Assembly: GCA_024636395.1 (NCBI GenBank)
Contig: JAGXHD010000088.1
Location: 1-37,472 of the forward strand
Reading direction: 5' to 3'
DNA length: 37,472 nucleotides
DNA from: Sulfitobacter sp.
GTDB taxonomy: Bacteria > Pseudomonadota > Alphaproteobacteria > Rhodobacterales > Rhodobacteraceae
Below, piece by piece: positions 9,893 through 19,217 of the stretch; the stretch's first letter is position 1; each line of letters begins with the position of its first letter. The position numbers were made by a program, and so were the translations under genes. The notes under the pieces are model-generated. The model was not told where the DNA came from and did no database searches. It saw only the letters and a list, made by a program, of their open reading frames with translations.

Positions 9893-9924
9893 ATAAAAAA
9901 AGCCCCGCCAGTTGAGGCGGGGCC
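9893..9924 (-). terminator. Rho-independent terminator of ccrM
   Basis: A perfect 8-bp GC stem (gccccgcc 9902-9909 with ggcggggc 9916-9923) encloses a 6-nt loop. A run of 7 A on the + strand (9895-9901) becomes a U-tract on the - strand transcript. It lies about 80 nt after the ccrM stop. Confidence 0.8.
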
Positions 9925-9930
9925 AAGGTG

Positions 9931-9974
9931 AGTGTCAGCAGCGCGGTCCCTCCTGTGGAGGGCGCGGTGACACT
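9931..9974 (-). other. Extended GC-rich stem-loop in the ccrM 3' UTR
   Basis: The outer arms agtgtca (9931-9937) and tgacact (9968-9974) pair. The inner arms gcgcggtccctcc and ggagggcgcg pair around a tgt loop with a 2-nt bulge. All pairings were done by hand. Confidence 0.5.
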
Positions 9975-10001
9975 GGCGGTGTTCGAATTCTTAGGGGTGG
10001 A

Positions 10002-11209
<1,208 letters not shown>

Positions 11210-11824
11210 TTAATCTTGCCACAAGATGTTGTGTACGGGCTTGAACAAACGTCTATGGTGTGGGGTTACGCCCAATTCTTGAAGCGCAGACATGTGTCTT
11301 TTTGATCCATATCCCATGTTCGTCTCCCAGCCGTATCCGGGGTGCTGTTGCGCCAAGGACAACATGACATAATCCCGACATATTTTAGCCATAATTGAGG
11401 CCGCCGAAATGGACACGGACCGGGCGTCACCCTTGATAATCGTCTCGGCGGGGATCGACAGGCCGCGCGGTATCATGTTGCCGTCGATCAGGCAGTAGTC
11501 TGCGGGTGTCTTGAGCCCTTCCAGCGCACGCACCATCGCGATGTGGCTGGCGCGCAGGATGTTGTGCTCCTCAATCTCCTCTACGCTGGCGTGGGCGATG
11601 GACACATCCGCGACCTCCATGATCTGACCATAAAGCACTTCACGCGCCCTGGCGGAGAGCTTTTTACTATCGTTGAGCCCCTCGGGGATGCGTGCGGGAT
11701 CCAGCACCACAGCTGCGGCAGTCACGGGTCCGGCCAGCGGGCCGCGTCCCACCTCGTCGACCCCGGCGATGCGCAAGAAGCCGCGCGCTGCCGCAGCCGT
11801 TTCGAATGAGTAATCAGGTTTCAT
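11210..11824 (-). CDS. rnhB: Ribonuclease HII
   Basis: IAGVDEVGRGPLAGPV (DEVGRG catalytic motif) and DSKKLS are present. I chose the start at ATG 11824 (MKPDYSF), giving about 204 aa. The 53-codon upstream extension of the ORF is R/P/G-rich and unlikely to be coding. Confidence 0.88.
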   Translation of the reverse strand: MKPDYSFETAAAARGFLRIAGVDEVGRGPLAGPVTAAAVVLDPARIPEGLNDSKKLSARAREVLYGQIMEVADVSIAHASVEEIEEHNILRASHIAMVRALEGLKTPADYCLIDGNMIPRGLSIPAETIIKGDARSVSISAASIMAKICRDYVMLSLAQQHPGYGWETNMGYGSKRHMSALQELGVTPHHRRLFKPVHNILWQD

Positions 11825-11889
11825 GCGCACCGGAAAAGCGGATGCGGGCTTCAGGCGCAACCGAAAATGATCGCGCCGCCTCGGCAGAA

Positions 11890-11922
11890 TAGAAAAGGGA
11901 GAGATGCCCGAACATCCCTCCC
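11890..11922 (-). terminator. Rho-independent terminator after the 11998-12498 gene
   Basis: On the - strand, gggagggatg-ttcggg-catctctccc forms a 10-bp stem with 1 mismatch and is followed by ttttctatt. It lies about 75 nt downstream of the stop at 11998. Confidence 0.65.
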
Positions 11923-11997
11923 TTCCCTGACCCATGCGGCGGTAGTGCCACACGGGGATCGGCGCGACGGGTGATACGCCCATGCCGAATTCCGATA

Positions 11998-12498
11998 TTA
12001 GCCGCGCGCGAGGCGGTAGCCGTTCTGGCGCAAGCAGCGCGCATCATAGCCGGAACTGTTGCCCCGGTCAGTCCGGATCGTCTGCGCACAGCTGTACGGA
12101 AGGCGATTCACATACCTGTAATTGCGCTCGAGGCAGCGCTGGCCAAACATGCGCACCTGACCGCGCCGCGTCTGGAAACTGCGCAGGCACTGGCCGGGCA
12201 ACAGGCGCGTATCTACGCGGCGCGGCAGGGGCTGTGGCTCGACATACCCATGACCCCTTGGCCGCACGACATCTCTGGGGCGCACGACGTCCCGTGGCAT
12301 GATGACTTCCTTGTCGTCCTTTGCGTTATCGTGGATGATTTTTGCGACAGCAGCGAGGCCGATGATCGTCGCGATGGCACGCACGTTCCGGTTGTTGCGG
12401 TCGGTATCGGCGAAAGCGGGTACGGAGGTGAAGGCCGTCAGGGCAATCGCAGCGGCCGTGACAGTGCCGATAAATCGGGAAGGCAAGATAAACTTCAT
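11998..12498 (-). CDS. Secreted hypothetical protein with an internal 2-Cys repeat
   Basis: A signal peptide MKFILPSRFIGTVTAAAIALTAFTSVPAFA is followed by DT. AAGGA lies 9 nt before the ATG. The gene has its own terminator. The C-terminal half contains two about 30-aa repeats, each with Cys-x17-Cys. Confidence 0.7.
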   Translation of the reverse strand: MKFILPSRFIGTVTAAAIALTAFTSVPAFADTDRNNRNVRAIATIIGLAAVAKIIHDNAKDDKEVIMPRDVVRPRDVVRPRGHGYVEPQPLPRRVDTRLLPGQCLRSFQTRRGQVRMFGQRCLERNYRYVNRLPYSCAQTIRTDRGNSSGYDARCLRQNGYRLARG

Positions 12499-12585
12499 GA
12501 GAGTATTCCTTCTGAGGGCAAGGGCGGCGCGCTTTGGGCGTGCTGCAGTGTAGAACCACCCTGAAGCCGCCAGATCGCGACAGGC

Positions 12586-12612
12586 AATAACAGCGCCGTG
12601 TTATCAAATAAC
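12586..12612. promoter_or_regulatory. AATAAC direct repeats plus ATAACA-N6-TGTTAT palindrome in a divergent promoter
   Basis: AATAAC occurs at 12586-12591 and again at 12607-12612, 21 bp start to start. ATAACA (12587-12592), gcgccg and TGTTAT (12599-12604) form a perfect 6-bp inverted repeat. The element lies 60-85 bp upstream of the ATG at 12672. Confidence 0.4.
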
Positions 12613-12671
12613 GGTACCGACCAGCGGAGCCGGATATTGTATATCGGTGGAGAAAAACGCATCGTCGGTGT

Positions 12672-12974
12672 ATGAAACACACACGTCTCCTCCTTTGCGC
12701 CGCGGCCTTGGCCAGCTTTGCCGGATTTTCGGCAAGCCCGGCCTTTGCCGCCGATTGCTACGCCGATTACAAAGCCAAACAGGACAGCCCCCTCCGGCTC
12801 CACTATGGTGTGGCCAGTGTGAGCGGGCAGTGCTCCAAGGCTGCCGCGCAGGCCCAACTCGCCCAGCGCCTCAGCGCGCAGGGCTGGACCCTGTTGAATG
12901 TGGTGTCGGTTTTCGGCCCCGAGGGACTTGCGCAAAGGAAAGATAGTGCCGGATCAAACTTCCTCCGCTTCTGA
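12672..12974 (+). CDS. Small secreted hypothetical protein (100 aa, 2 Cys)
   Basis: A classical signal peptide MKHTRLLLCAAALASFAGFSASPAFA is followed by ADC. Only this frame reads as protein-like. The stop at 12972-12974 lies 1 nt before the ATG of the next gene. Confidence 0.65.
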   Translation: MKHTRLLLCAAALASFAGFSASPAFAADCYADYKAKQDSPLRLHYGVASVSGQCSKAAAQAQLAQRLSAQGWTLLNVVSVFGPEGLAQRKDSAGSNFLRF

Positions 12975-12975
12975 T

Positions 12976-13650
12976 ATGCGCCGCAGCGGTGGCCGCTTTG
13001 TCATCCTCGGCATCAGTGTGGTCGCGGGCTTGCTCGCAATCGGGGCCATCGTGCTCTTTTGGGCGCTGCCCGATGCAAACGCGTTCAATGCGCGGGTCGA
13101 GCGGATTTTCATGGAGAATGACAATCTCACCTCAGCCGCAGAGATCAAGCTACTGGAAATCCTCGCCCAGTCGGGCACCGCATTTTCCGACACGCTGACC
13201 AATTACCGCGTTCTGATCGGAGTCCTTTTGATCTTCGCCGCTGCAATGCTGGTGGCCGCCGTTCTGCTGCTGATGCTGCTCATTACCTTCAACCGCTGCA
13301 TGGCCCAGATCGAGCGAACGGGAATTCAGGTCTCCTCGTTGCTCATCAGCCGCGAAGAGAACAAGGTATATCTAAACAACCTCGGTTTCTCCCTGACGCC
13401 TGCAGCGATGGAAACACTGGCCGTCCTGGCGGAGGCCCGGATGGACGATGACATCATGACAGGCAGCCAGATCGAGGGCGTGATCTCGGGCCGTGACGCC
13501 AGTGATTGTGACGAGGCGGCGGGCGCCACACGGATCAAACGCCTGCGCGACACGCTTGGCAACCAGATGGTGAGCGAATTGCTGGTCAAGAATATCGCGC
13601 GGCGGGGCTATATGCTGGCGATAGACAAGGACGTGATCAAGGTACTCTAG
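12976..13650 (+). CDS. Two-TM membrane protein with a C-terminal OmpR/PhoB-type winged-helix DNA-binding domain (no receiver)
   Basis: TM1 is FVILGISVVAGLLAIGAIVLFWAL, preceded by MRRSGGR. An about 50-aa loop follows, then TM2 VLIGVLLIFAAAMLVAAVLLLMLLITF. The C-terminal region LISREENKVYLNNLGFSLTPAAMETLAVLA...ATRIKRLRDTLG...NIARRGYML fits the Trans_reg_C pattern. An alternative start is GTG 12946, which has an AAGGAAAG RBS. Confidence 0.7.
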   Translation: MRRSGGRFVILGISVVAGLLAIGAIVLFWALPDANAFNARVERIFMENDNLTSAAEIKLLEILAQSGTAFSDTLTNYRVLIGVLLIFAAAMLVAAVLLLMLLITFNRCMAQIERTGIQVSSLLISREENKVYLNNLGFSLTPAAMETLAVLAEARMDDDIMTGSQIEGVISGRDASDCDEAAGATRIKRLRDTLGNQMVSELLVKNIARRGYMLAIDKDVIKVL

Positions 13651-13715
13651 CCTCTGGTCAATCGCATGCCAGCAGCGATAGGGTGGTGCGGCAAATTGGA
13701 TCAAGGAAGCCACCC

Positions 13716-14492
13716 ATGCCCGTCCCCGTCAATTCCTTCAAACAAGCACTCGCCAACGGTGAAATGCAGTTCGGCTGCTGGATTGCGCTGGCTGATGCCT
13801 ACTCCGCCGAGATGATGGGACAGGCCGGTTTCGATTGGCTTGTGGTGGACGGGGAGCACGGGCCGAACGATCTGCGTTCTATCCTGTCGCAGTTGCAGGT
13901 GCTGGCCGCGACGCAGGCGCATGCTGTCGTGCGGGTGCCCGTGGGCGAGACATACATGCTCAAGCAGGTGCTGGACGCCGGAGCGCAGACGGTGCTGGTG
14001 CCCATGGTGGAGAGTGCCGATCAGGCGCGCCAACTGGTGCGCGATGTGACCTATCCGCCGCACGGCGATCGCGGTGTGGGCTACGCGCTGACACGGGCCT
14101 CGCGGTTCAGCACCATTGCCGATTACGGCACAACGGCAGATGCACAGATCTGCCTACTGGTGCAGGTCGAAAACCGGCGCGGGCTGGCCGCCCTCGATGA
14201 AATTCTGGCAGTAGAAGGTGTGCACGGTGTATTTATCGGCCCTGCCGATCTGGCAGCTGACATGGGACATATGGGCAACGCCGATCATCCCGAAGTCCAA
14301 ACGGCAATCATGGACGCGCTGGCGCGGATCAAGGCGGCGGGCAAAGCACCCGGTATCCTGTCGACACGCGACGAGATGACGAACGACGCCATCGCGGCAG
14401 GCGCGCAATTCGTCGCCGTTGGCGCCGATGTTCTGCTGCTGGGGCAGGCCGCGCGGGCGCTCGCGCAAAAATGGCAAACCACCAAGGGATGA
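13716..14492 (+). CDS. HpcH/HpaI family 2-keto-3-deoxy-acid aldolase
   Basis: FGCWIALADAYSAEMMGQAGFDWLVVDGEHGPND and VRVP....YMLKQVLDAGAQTVLVPMVES are typical of the HpcH/HpaI aldolase family. AGGAAG lies upstream of ATG 13716. Confidence 0.8.
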   Translation: MPVPVNSFKQALANGEMQFGCWIALADAYSAEMMGQAGFDWLVVDGEHGPNDLRSILSQLQVLAATQAHAVVRVPVGETYMLKQVLDAGAQTVLVPMVESADQARQLVRDVTYPPHGDRGVGYALTRASRFSTIADYGTTADAQICLLVQVENRRGLAALDEILAVEGVHGVFIGPADLAADMGHMGNADHPEVQTAIMDALARIKAAGKAPGILSTRDEMTNDAIAAGAQFVAVGADVLLLGQAARALAQKWQTTKG

Positions 14493-14499
14493 TCTCCCC

Positions 14500-15714
14500 A
14501 TGAATATCGGCATCGCCCTTCTGGCTCTTGCCTATATCCTGAGTCAGTTCTTCCGTGCCTTTCTCGCCGTTTTGAGCCCCTTTTTGGCCAGCGATCTAGG
14601 CGCAGGCCCAGAGGATCTGGCCCTTGCGTCGGGCATGTGGTTTCTGACGTTTGCGGCAATGCAACTGCCCATCGGCTGGGCGCTGGACACAGTCGGACCG
14701 CGCCGAACGGCGGCATCGCTTCTAATGGTAGGCGGTGCAGGCGGCGCAGCACTCTTTGCGCTTGCGACGACCCCGGCGCATGTGGCCATCGCAATGGCGC
14801 TCATCGGGGTTGGCTGCGCGCCGGTTCTGATGGCGTCCTACTATATCTTTGCGCTGGATCATCCGCCCGCGCGCTTTGCATTTCTCGCCGCTCTCATGGT
14901 GGGGGTGGGCACGCTGGGAAATATCGTCGCATCCTACCCCACGACACTGGCCGCGGAAACGATGGGCTGGCGCGCGGCTCTCGGGGGCCTCAGCGCGATT
15001 GCCGCCGCCACGGCTTCCGGGATCTGGTTTACGGTGCGCGATCCGCTCAAGGAGCCTGCCGCCCTAAAGGGCAGCTTTGCCGAGGTTCTGCGCATCCGGG
15101 CGCTCTGGTTCATCTTCCCGCTGATGCTGGTGAGCTATGCCGAGGTCGGCGCGTTGCGCGGTCTGTGGATCGGGCCATACCTCACGGAGGTGCTGGGCGC
15201 GGAGCCGCGCCTGATCGGTCAGGCCACGCTTGCCATGGGTATCGCGATGGTCATCGGGCCAATGGTCTACAGCCCGCTCGATAGCCTGTTTGGCACGCGC
15301 AAGTGGGTGATCTTCGTGGGAAGTTGCGGCGTGCTGGTCTCCACCGTCGGATTGATCGTGCTGATCGAAGCCTCTGCCTTCACGGTCACTTTGCTGATGT
15401 GCGCCATCGGCTTTTTCGGCTCTACCTATCCAGCGATCATGTCGCACGGGCGTAGCCTTCTGCCCCGCCATCTGGTAGGACGCGGCGTAACGCTGCTAAA
15501 CCTGTGCAGCATCGGCGGCGTAGGCGCTGCACAGTTCATCACCGGCCGTATCTACGCCAGCACCAGCGCAGCGGAATGGGAGGCCTATCCTTTTTTCCTG
15601 ATCTTCGTTTTCTTTTCCGCGATCCTCGCGCTTGGTCTGGTGCTCTATCTGTTCTCGACCGACACAAAGCCCGATAAAGCGGAAACCCTTTCCCCCGCGC
15701 CCAAAGCGGTATAA
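14500..15714 (+). CDS. MFS transporter
   Basis: About 404 aa and about 12 hydrophobic helices, with an MFS-like N-terminus (LALAYILSQFFRAFLAV). ATG 14500 lies 8 nt after the aldolase stop. Confidence 0.75.
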   Translation: MNIGIALLALAYILSQFFRAFLAVLSPFLASDLGAGPEDLALASGMWFLTFAAMQLPIGWALDTVGPRRTAASLLMVGGAGGAALFALATTPAHVAIAMALIGVGCAPVLMASYYIFALDHPPARFAFLAALMVGVGTLGNIVASYPTTLAAETMGWRAALGGLSAIAAATASGIWFTVRDPLKEPAALKGSFAEVLRIRALWFIFPLMLVSYAEVGALRGLWIGPYLTEVLGAEPRLIGQATLAMGIAMVIGPMVYSPLDSLFGTRKWVIFVGSCGVLVSTVGLIVLIEASAFTVTLLMCAIGFFGSTYPAIMSHGRSLLPRHLVGRGVTLLNLCSIGGVGAAQFITGRIYASTSAAEWEAYPFFLIFVFFSAILALGLVLYLFSTDTKPDKAETLSPAPKAV

Positions 15715-15754
15715 CAGCCCCCCACCATCAATCATATATTCTGGAGTAATCGAG

Positions 15755-16777
15755 ATGGGCTATCGCGTCGTGATCGTGGGTGCCACTGGCAATGTGGGCC
15801 GCGAAATGCTGAATATTCTGGCCGAGCGCCAGTTCCCCGTGGATGAGATCGTGGCGCTTGCCAGCCGCCGGTCACTCGGAACGGACGTCAGCTTTGGCGA
15901 TAGAACCCTCAAGACGAAGGACCTCGACACCTTTGACTTCACCGGCTGGGACATGGCCCTGTTCGCCGTGGGCTCGGAAGCGACCAAGAAGTATGCCCCC
16001 CACGCCGCAAAGGCGGGCTGCATCGTGATCGATAATTCGTCGCTATACCGCTATGACGCGGACATTCCGCTGATCGTACCGGAGGTGAACCCCGAGGCGA
16101 TCCACCAGTATTCCAACAAGAATATCATCGCCAATCCCAACTGCTCCACCGCGCAGATGGTGGTGGCGCTCAAGCCATTGCACGACCGCGCCACGATCAA
16201 GCGCGTTGTGGTGAGCACCTATCAATCCGTGTCCGGTGCGGGCAAGGAAGGCGCCGACGAACTTTGGGACCAAACCAAGAGCATCTACAATCCCGTGACG
16301 GACGTGCCGCCGAACAAGTTCCAGAAGCAGATCGCCTTCAACGTGATCCCGCAGATCGATGTTTTCATGGACAGCGGCGATACCAAGGAAGAGTGGAAGA
16401 TGGTCGTCGAGACGAAGAAGATCCTCGACAAGAAGATCAAGGTCACGGCCACCTGCGTGCGTGTGCCTGTCTTTGTGGGCCATTCTGAATCCATCAACAT
16501 CGAATTCGAGGATCATCTGGACGAGAACGAGGCCCGCGATATCCTGCGAGAGGCACCGGGCATCATGGTGATCGACAAACGCGAGGACGGCGGCTACGTC
16601 ACGCCCATCGAATGTGTCGGCGACTTCGCGACCTTCATCAGCCGCATCCGTCAGGACAGCACCATCGATAACGGGATCAACCTGTGGTGCGTCTCCGATA
16701 ACCTGCGCAAGGGTGCGGCGTTGAACGCCGTGCAGATCGCCGAACTCTTGGGCCGCGAGTGCCTCAAGAAAGGCTGA
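15755..16777 (+). CDS. asd: Aspartate-semialdehyde dehydrogenase
   Basis: VVIVGATGNVGREM (NAD(P) fold), the active-site region IIANPNCSTAQMV and 340 aa. The start is ATG 15755 after a ctggag RBS. Confidence 0.92.
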   Translation: MGYRVVIVGATGNVGREMLNILAERQFPVDEIVALASRRSLGTDVSFGDRTLKTKDLDTFDFTGWDMALFAVGSEATKKYAPHAAKAGCIVIDNSSLYRYDADIPLIVPEVNPEAIHQYSNKNIIANPNCSTAQMVVALKPLHDRATIKRVVVSTYQSVSGAGKEGADELWDQTKSIYNPVTDVPPNKFQKQIAFNVIPQIDVFMDSGDTKEEWKMVVETKKILDKKIKVTATCVRVPVFVGHSESINIEFEDHLDENEARDILREAPGIMVIDKREDGGYVTPIECVGDFATFISRIRQDSTIDNGINLWCVSDNLRKGAALNAVQIAELLGRECLKKG

Positions 16778-16803
16778 TTTCCGCCCAAACCGAACGTCAA
16801 AAA

Positions 16804-16835
16804 GGGGTACCCTGCGCGGGTGCCCCTTTTTCTTT
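16804..16835 (+). terminator. Rho-independent terminator of asd
   Basis: ggggtaccc-tgcgc-gggtgcccc forms a 9-bp stem including one G-U pair. It is followed by tttttcttt, 27 nt after the asd stop. Confidence 0.8.
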
Positions 16836-16882
16836 GCAGTACTGCAGGGCATGCTAGTTCCGAACAAAAGGCCCCTCCCCTC

Positions 16883-18496
16883 ATGCGCCTCTTTTACCTC
16901 GCTCTTGCGGCCCTGCCGCTGCCTGCTTTCGCCGATACCTTCACCATCAGCTCCGCTCCGACAGCCGTGACGATCTACAACGATTTCGCCATGGTCACCC
17001 GCGATGTAGTGATCGACGTCGGCGCAGGCGCGCACGAGCTTGTCTTGCCTGATCTGCCCCAATGGATCGATGCGGACAGTCTGCGCGTCACCCTTTCAGG
17101 TGCGGCCCTTGGCGGCACGCGTCTGCGCACCGATGCGCTGCCACCGCAGCAAGGCGGCGAGAGCGCGGCGGTCAGTGAAGCCAAGGCACGGATCGACGCT
17201 GCAGAGCGCGCGCTGACCAATCTGGCCGATGCCGCACAGGATGCGGGCCTCGCCGCACGCGCCGCCGAAGCACGGCTTACATTTCTACAAGGGCTCTCGT
17301 CCAGTGCCACGCTGCCGTCCACGTCAGAGGCCCTGGCCGCGCTTGGCCAGATGATCGAGGCGCAGACACTGGAAGCGACGCAGGCACAGATCGCAGGGCT
17401 GCGCCGTATGCGCGATATAGAAGACGGGCGCAAAGATCTGGAAGAGGAGCTTGCCGACGCCCGTGCAGCCCTTGCTGCGCTCACGCCGCCCGCAGAGCCG
17501 AAGACGCTGTTGGCGCTCTCCATCACTGCGGCGGAGGCCGGGCAAGTCCTGGCCTCGATCAGCTATCCGGTGAACGCCGCATGGCAGCCGACCTATGATG
17601 TTGTCCTTACCCGCTCGGACGCCGATGCCGTGACCCTGCGCCGCGCCGCATTGATTACCCAGAACAGCGGCGAGAACTGGGAGAACGTGAGCCTGACGCT
17701 CTCGACGCTTTCACCCAGTGGCCAGATTGTGCCATCCGAGCTCTACCCGCCGCTCGTCCGCTTCGAGGATCCGCAGGAACGCGCAAAGGTCGAGCGTTCC
17801 ATGAACAGCCTGAGCGCCGATGCGACGGGAGCACCGCCGGTGATGATGGAAGCCGAGGCGCCGCAACCCAACTTCGACGGTCCCGGCGTAACCTACACCC
17901 TCCCCACCCCGTTGAGTGTCGCACGGGATGCGGAGGGTGCTCGGATCGAGCTCGATGCGCTGGAATTTGACGCGCGCGTGTTTGCCCGTGCCGTACCCGC
18001 CCGCGACAGCACTGCGTTTTTGATGGCCGAAGCGACCAACCAAAGCATGGAGCCGTTGCTGGCAGCGCGGCGGGCGCAGATTTATGTCGATGGTACGATG
18101 GTAGGTCAAAGCGGCTTTGAAGCCGTGCCTGCGGGCGGCACCTTCACACAGGCCTTCGGACCACTCGAGGAATTACAGCTCACCCATATCGTGCTCGATC
18201 GCAGCGAAGGGGATCGCGGGCTGATCAGCCGCAGCAATGCGCAGACACAAGAAGTGCTGATGACGGTGGAGAATTTGGGCACGAAATCCTGGAATATCGA
18301 AGTCAGGGAAGCACTGCCCTACAGCGAGCAGGATGATCTGATGATCGAATGGACGGCACAACCACAGCCCAGTGCCACAGACGTGGAGGACCGGCGCGGA
18401 TTGGTGCAGTGGGATATCTCACTTGCAGCGAATGCCTCGCAGGATTTCCGCATTGCACAGACCATCCGCTGGCCGGATGGCACCGTGCTGCGGTAA
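16883..18496 (+). CDS. DUF4139 (MuiA-like) domain-containing exported protein
   Basis: A signal peptide MRLFYLALAALPLPAFA is followed by a DUF4140/DUF4139-like N-terminus (VTIYNDFAMVTRDVVIDV..G.HELVLPDLP..IDADSLRV). The middle is Ala-rich and coiled-coil-like. Confidence 0.65.
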   Translation: MRLFYLALAALPLPAFADTFTISSAPTAVTIYNDFAMVTRDVVIDVGAGAHELVLPDLPQWIDADSLRVTLSGAALGGTRLRTDALPPQQGGESAAVSEAKARIDAAERALTNLADAAQDAGLAARAAEARLTFLQGLSSSATLPSTSEALAALGQMIEAQTLEATQAQIAGLRRMRDIEDGRKDLEEELADARAALAALTPPAEPKTLLALSITAAEAGQVLASISYPVNAAWQPTYDVVLTRSDADAVTLRRAALITQNSGENWENVSLTLSTLSPSGQIVPSELYPPLVRFEDPQERAKVERSMNSLSADATGAPPVMMEAEAPQPNFDGPGVTYTLPTPLSVARDAEGARIELDALEFDARVFARAVPARDSTAFLMAEATNQSMEPLLAARRAQIYVDGTMVGQSGFEAVPAGGTFTQAFGPLEELQLTHIVLDRSEGDRGLISRSNAQTQEVLMTVENLGTKSWNIEVREALPYSEQDDLMIEWTAQPQPSATDVEDRRGLVQWDISLAANASQDFRIAQTIRWPDGTVLR

Positions 18497-18497
18497 T

Positions 18498-19217
18498 CTA
18501 GGAACGCTCGATCCGCACAGCACTGCCGTCATCGGTTGCGGGCAGCACGTCCTGTGTCCAGACCGGCAGCGGCTTGCCGTAGCGGGCTTCCAGACCCGCG
18601 TAGTCGGGACCGACAGCATCTGAATTGCACAGATGCCTGCCGGTCGCGGCAATATGGATCGCCAGCGCCGGGCCGGAAAGGCGCAGCTCCATTCCCTCCC
18701 AAGCCAGACGGTTGACGAGATCCGGCCAGCTTCGGGCGGATTTGAAGTGACCGGTCAGCATGATCTGGCGGGTTGGGTCTATCTTTCCGGCGGGCATCAC
18801 GCCTTTGTTCGCTGAGCAGGCGGGCCGCTTCGCCATCTCGCTGCCAAACCTCTTGACGAGCGCAGCGTAGGAAAAGCCGAGCTCTGATCCTTTGCACACG
18901 CGCGTACCGCAGCTTTTCTTATAGAGCGTGGCGCCATTTTCGTCGGGGCGCAGCTCGTATCCATGCGGACGCAGACGTTCCGCCAGATCATCCCAGCAGG
19001 TCGCGTCCGCCAGATCACGGCCAAGCAAAGCCTGCACCGCGGCAACAAGACGATGACCCGTCTCCTCGCTGCGGTCTGCGGATAATTGCCGCTCCACCTC
19101 CCGCTTGAGGAGTTGGCGCACCATATGCCCGATCGACACATCGCGCGCGCTGGCAACGCGCTGTGCGCCTGACAGTAGCTCGCGGGAGAGTTTGAGAGTG
19201 ACTGCTTCCAATTCCAT
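18498..19217 (-). CDS. Hypothetical protein: possible ribbon-helix-helix N-terminus plus two copies of a 51-aa module
   Basis: The N-terminus VTLKLSRELLSGAQRVASARDVSIGHMVRQLLKRE has a beta-alpha-alpha (RHH/CopG-like) pattern. Residues 77-127 and 166-216 align without gaps at 18/51 identities (hand alignment). The first ATG is 19217, and the ORF is open to TTG 19223. Confidence 0.6.
   Translation of the reverse strand: MELEAVTLKLSRELLSGAQRVASARDVSIGHMVRQLLKREVERQLSADRSEETGHRLVAAVQALLGRDLADATCWDDLAERLRPHGYELRPDENGATLYKKSCGTRVCKGSELGFSYAALVKRFGSEMAKRPACSANKGVMPAGKIDPTRQIMLTGHFKSARSWPDLVNRLAWEGMELRLSGPALAIHIAATGRHLCNSDAVGPDYAGLEARYGKPLPVWTQDVLPATDDGSAVRIERS

Noticed and set aside
11825-11983. 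A 53-codon upstream extension of the rnhB ORF
   Set aside because: It is not protein-like and contains the terminator hairpin of the upstream gene. RNase HII homology begins at MKPDYSF (ATG 11824).
16043-17062. A 339-aa ORF on the - strand, antisense to asd
   Set aside because: It lies opposite a high-confidence asd gene. Its translation is Arg/Gly/His/Asp-rich and low in complexity, with no motifs. This is a typical shadow ORF of GC-rich DNA.
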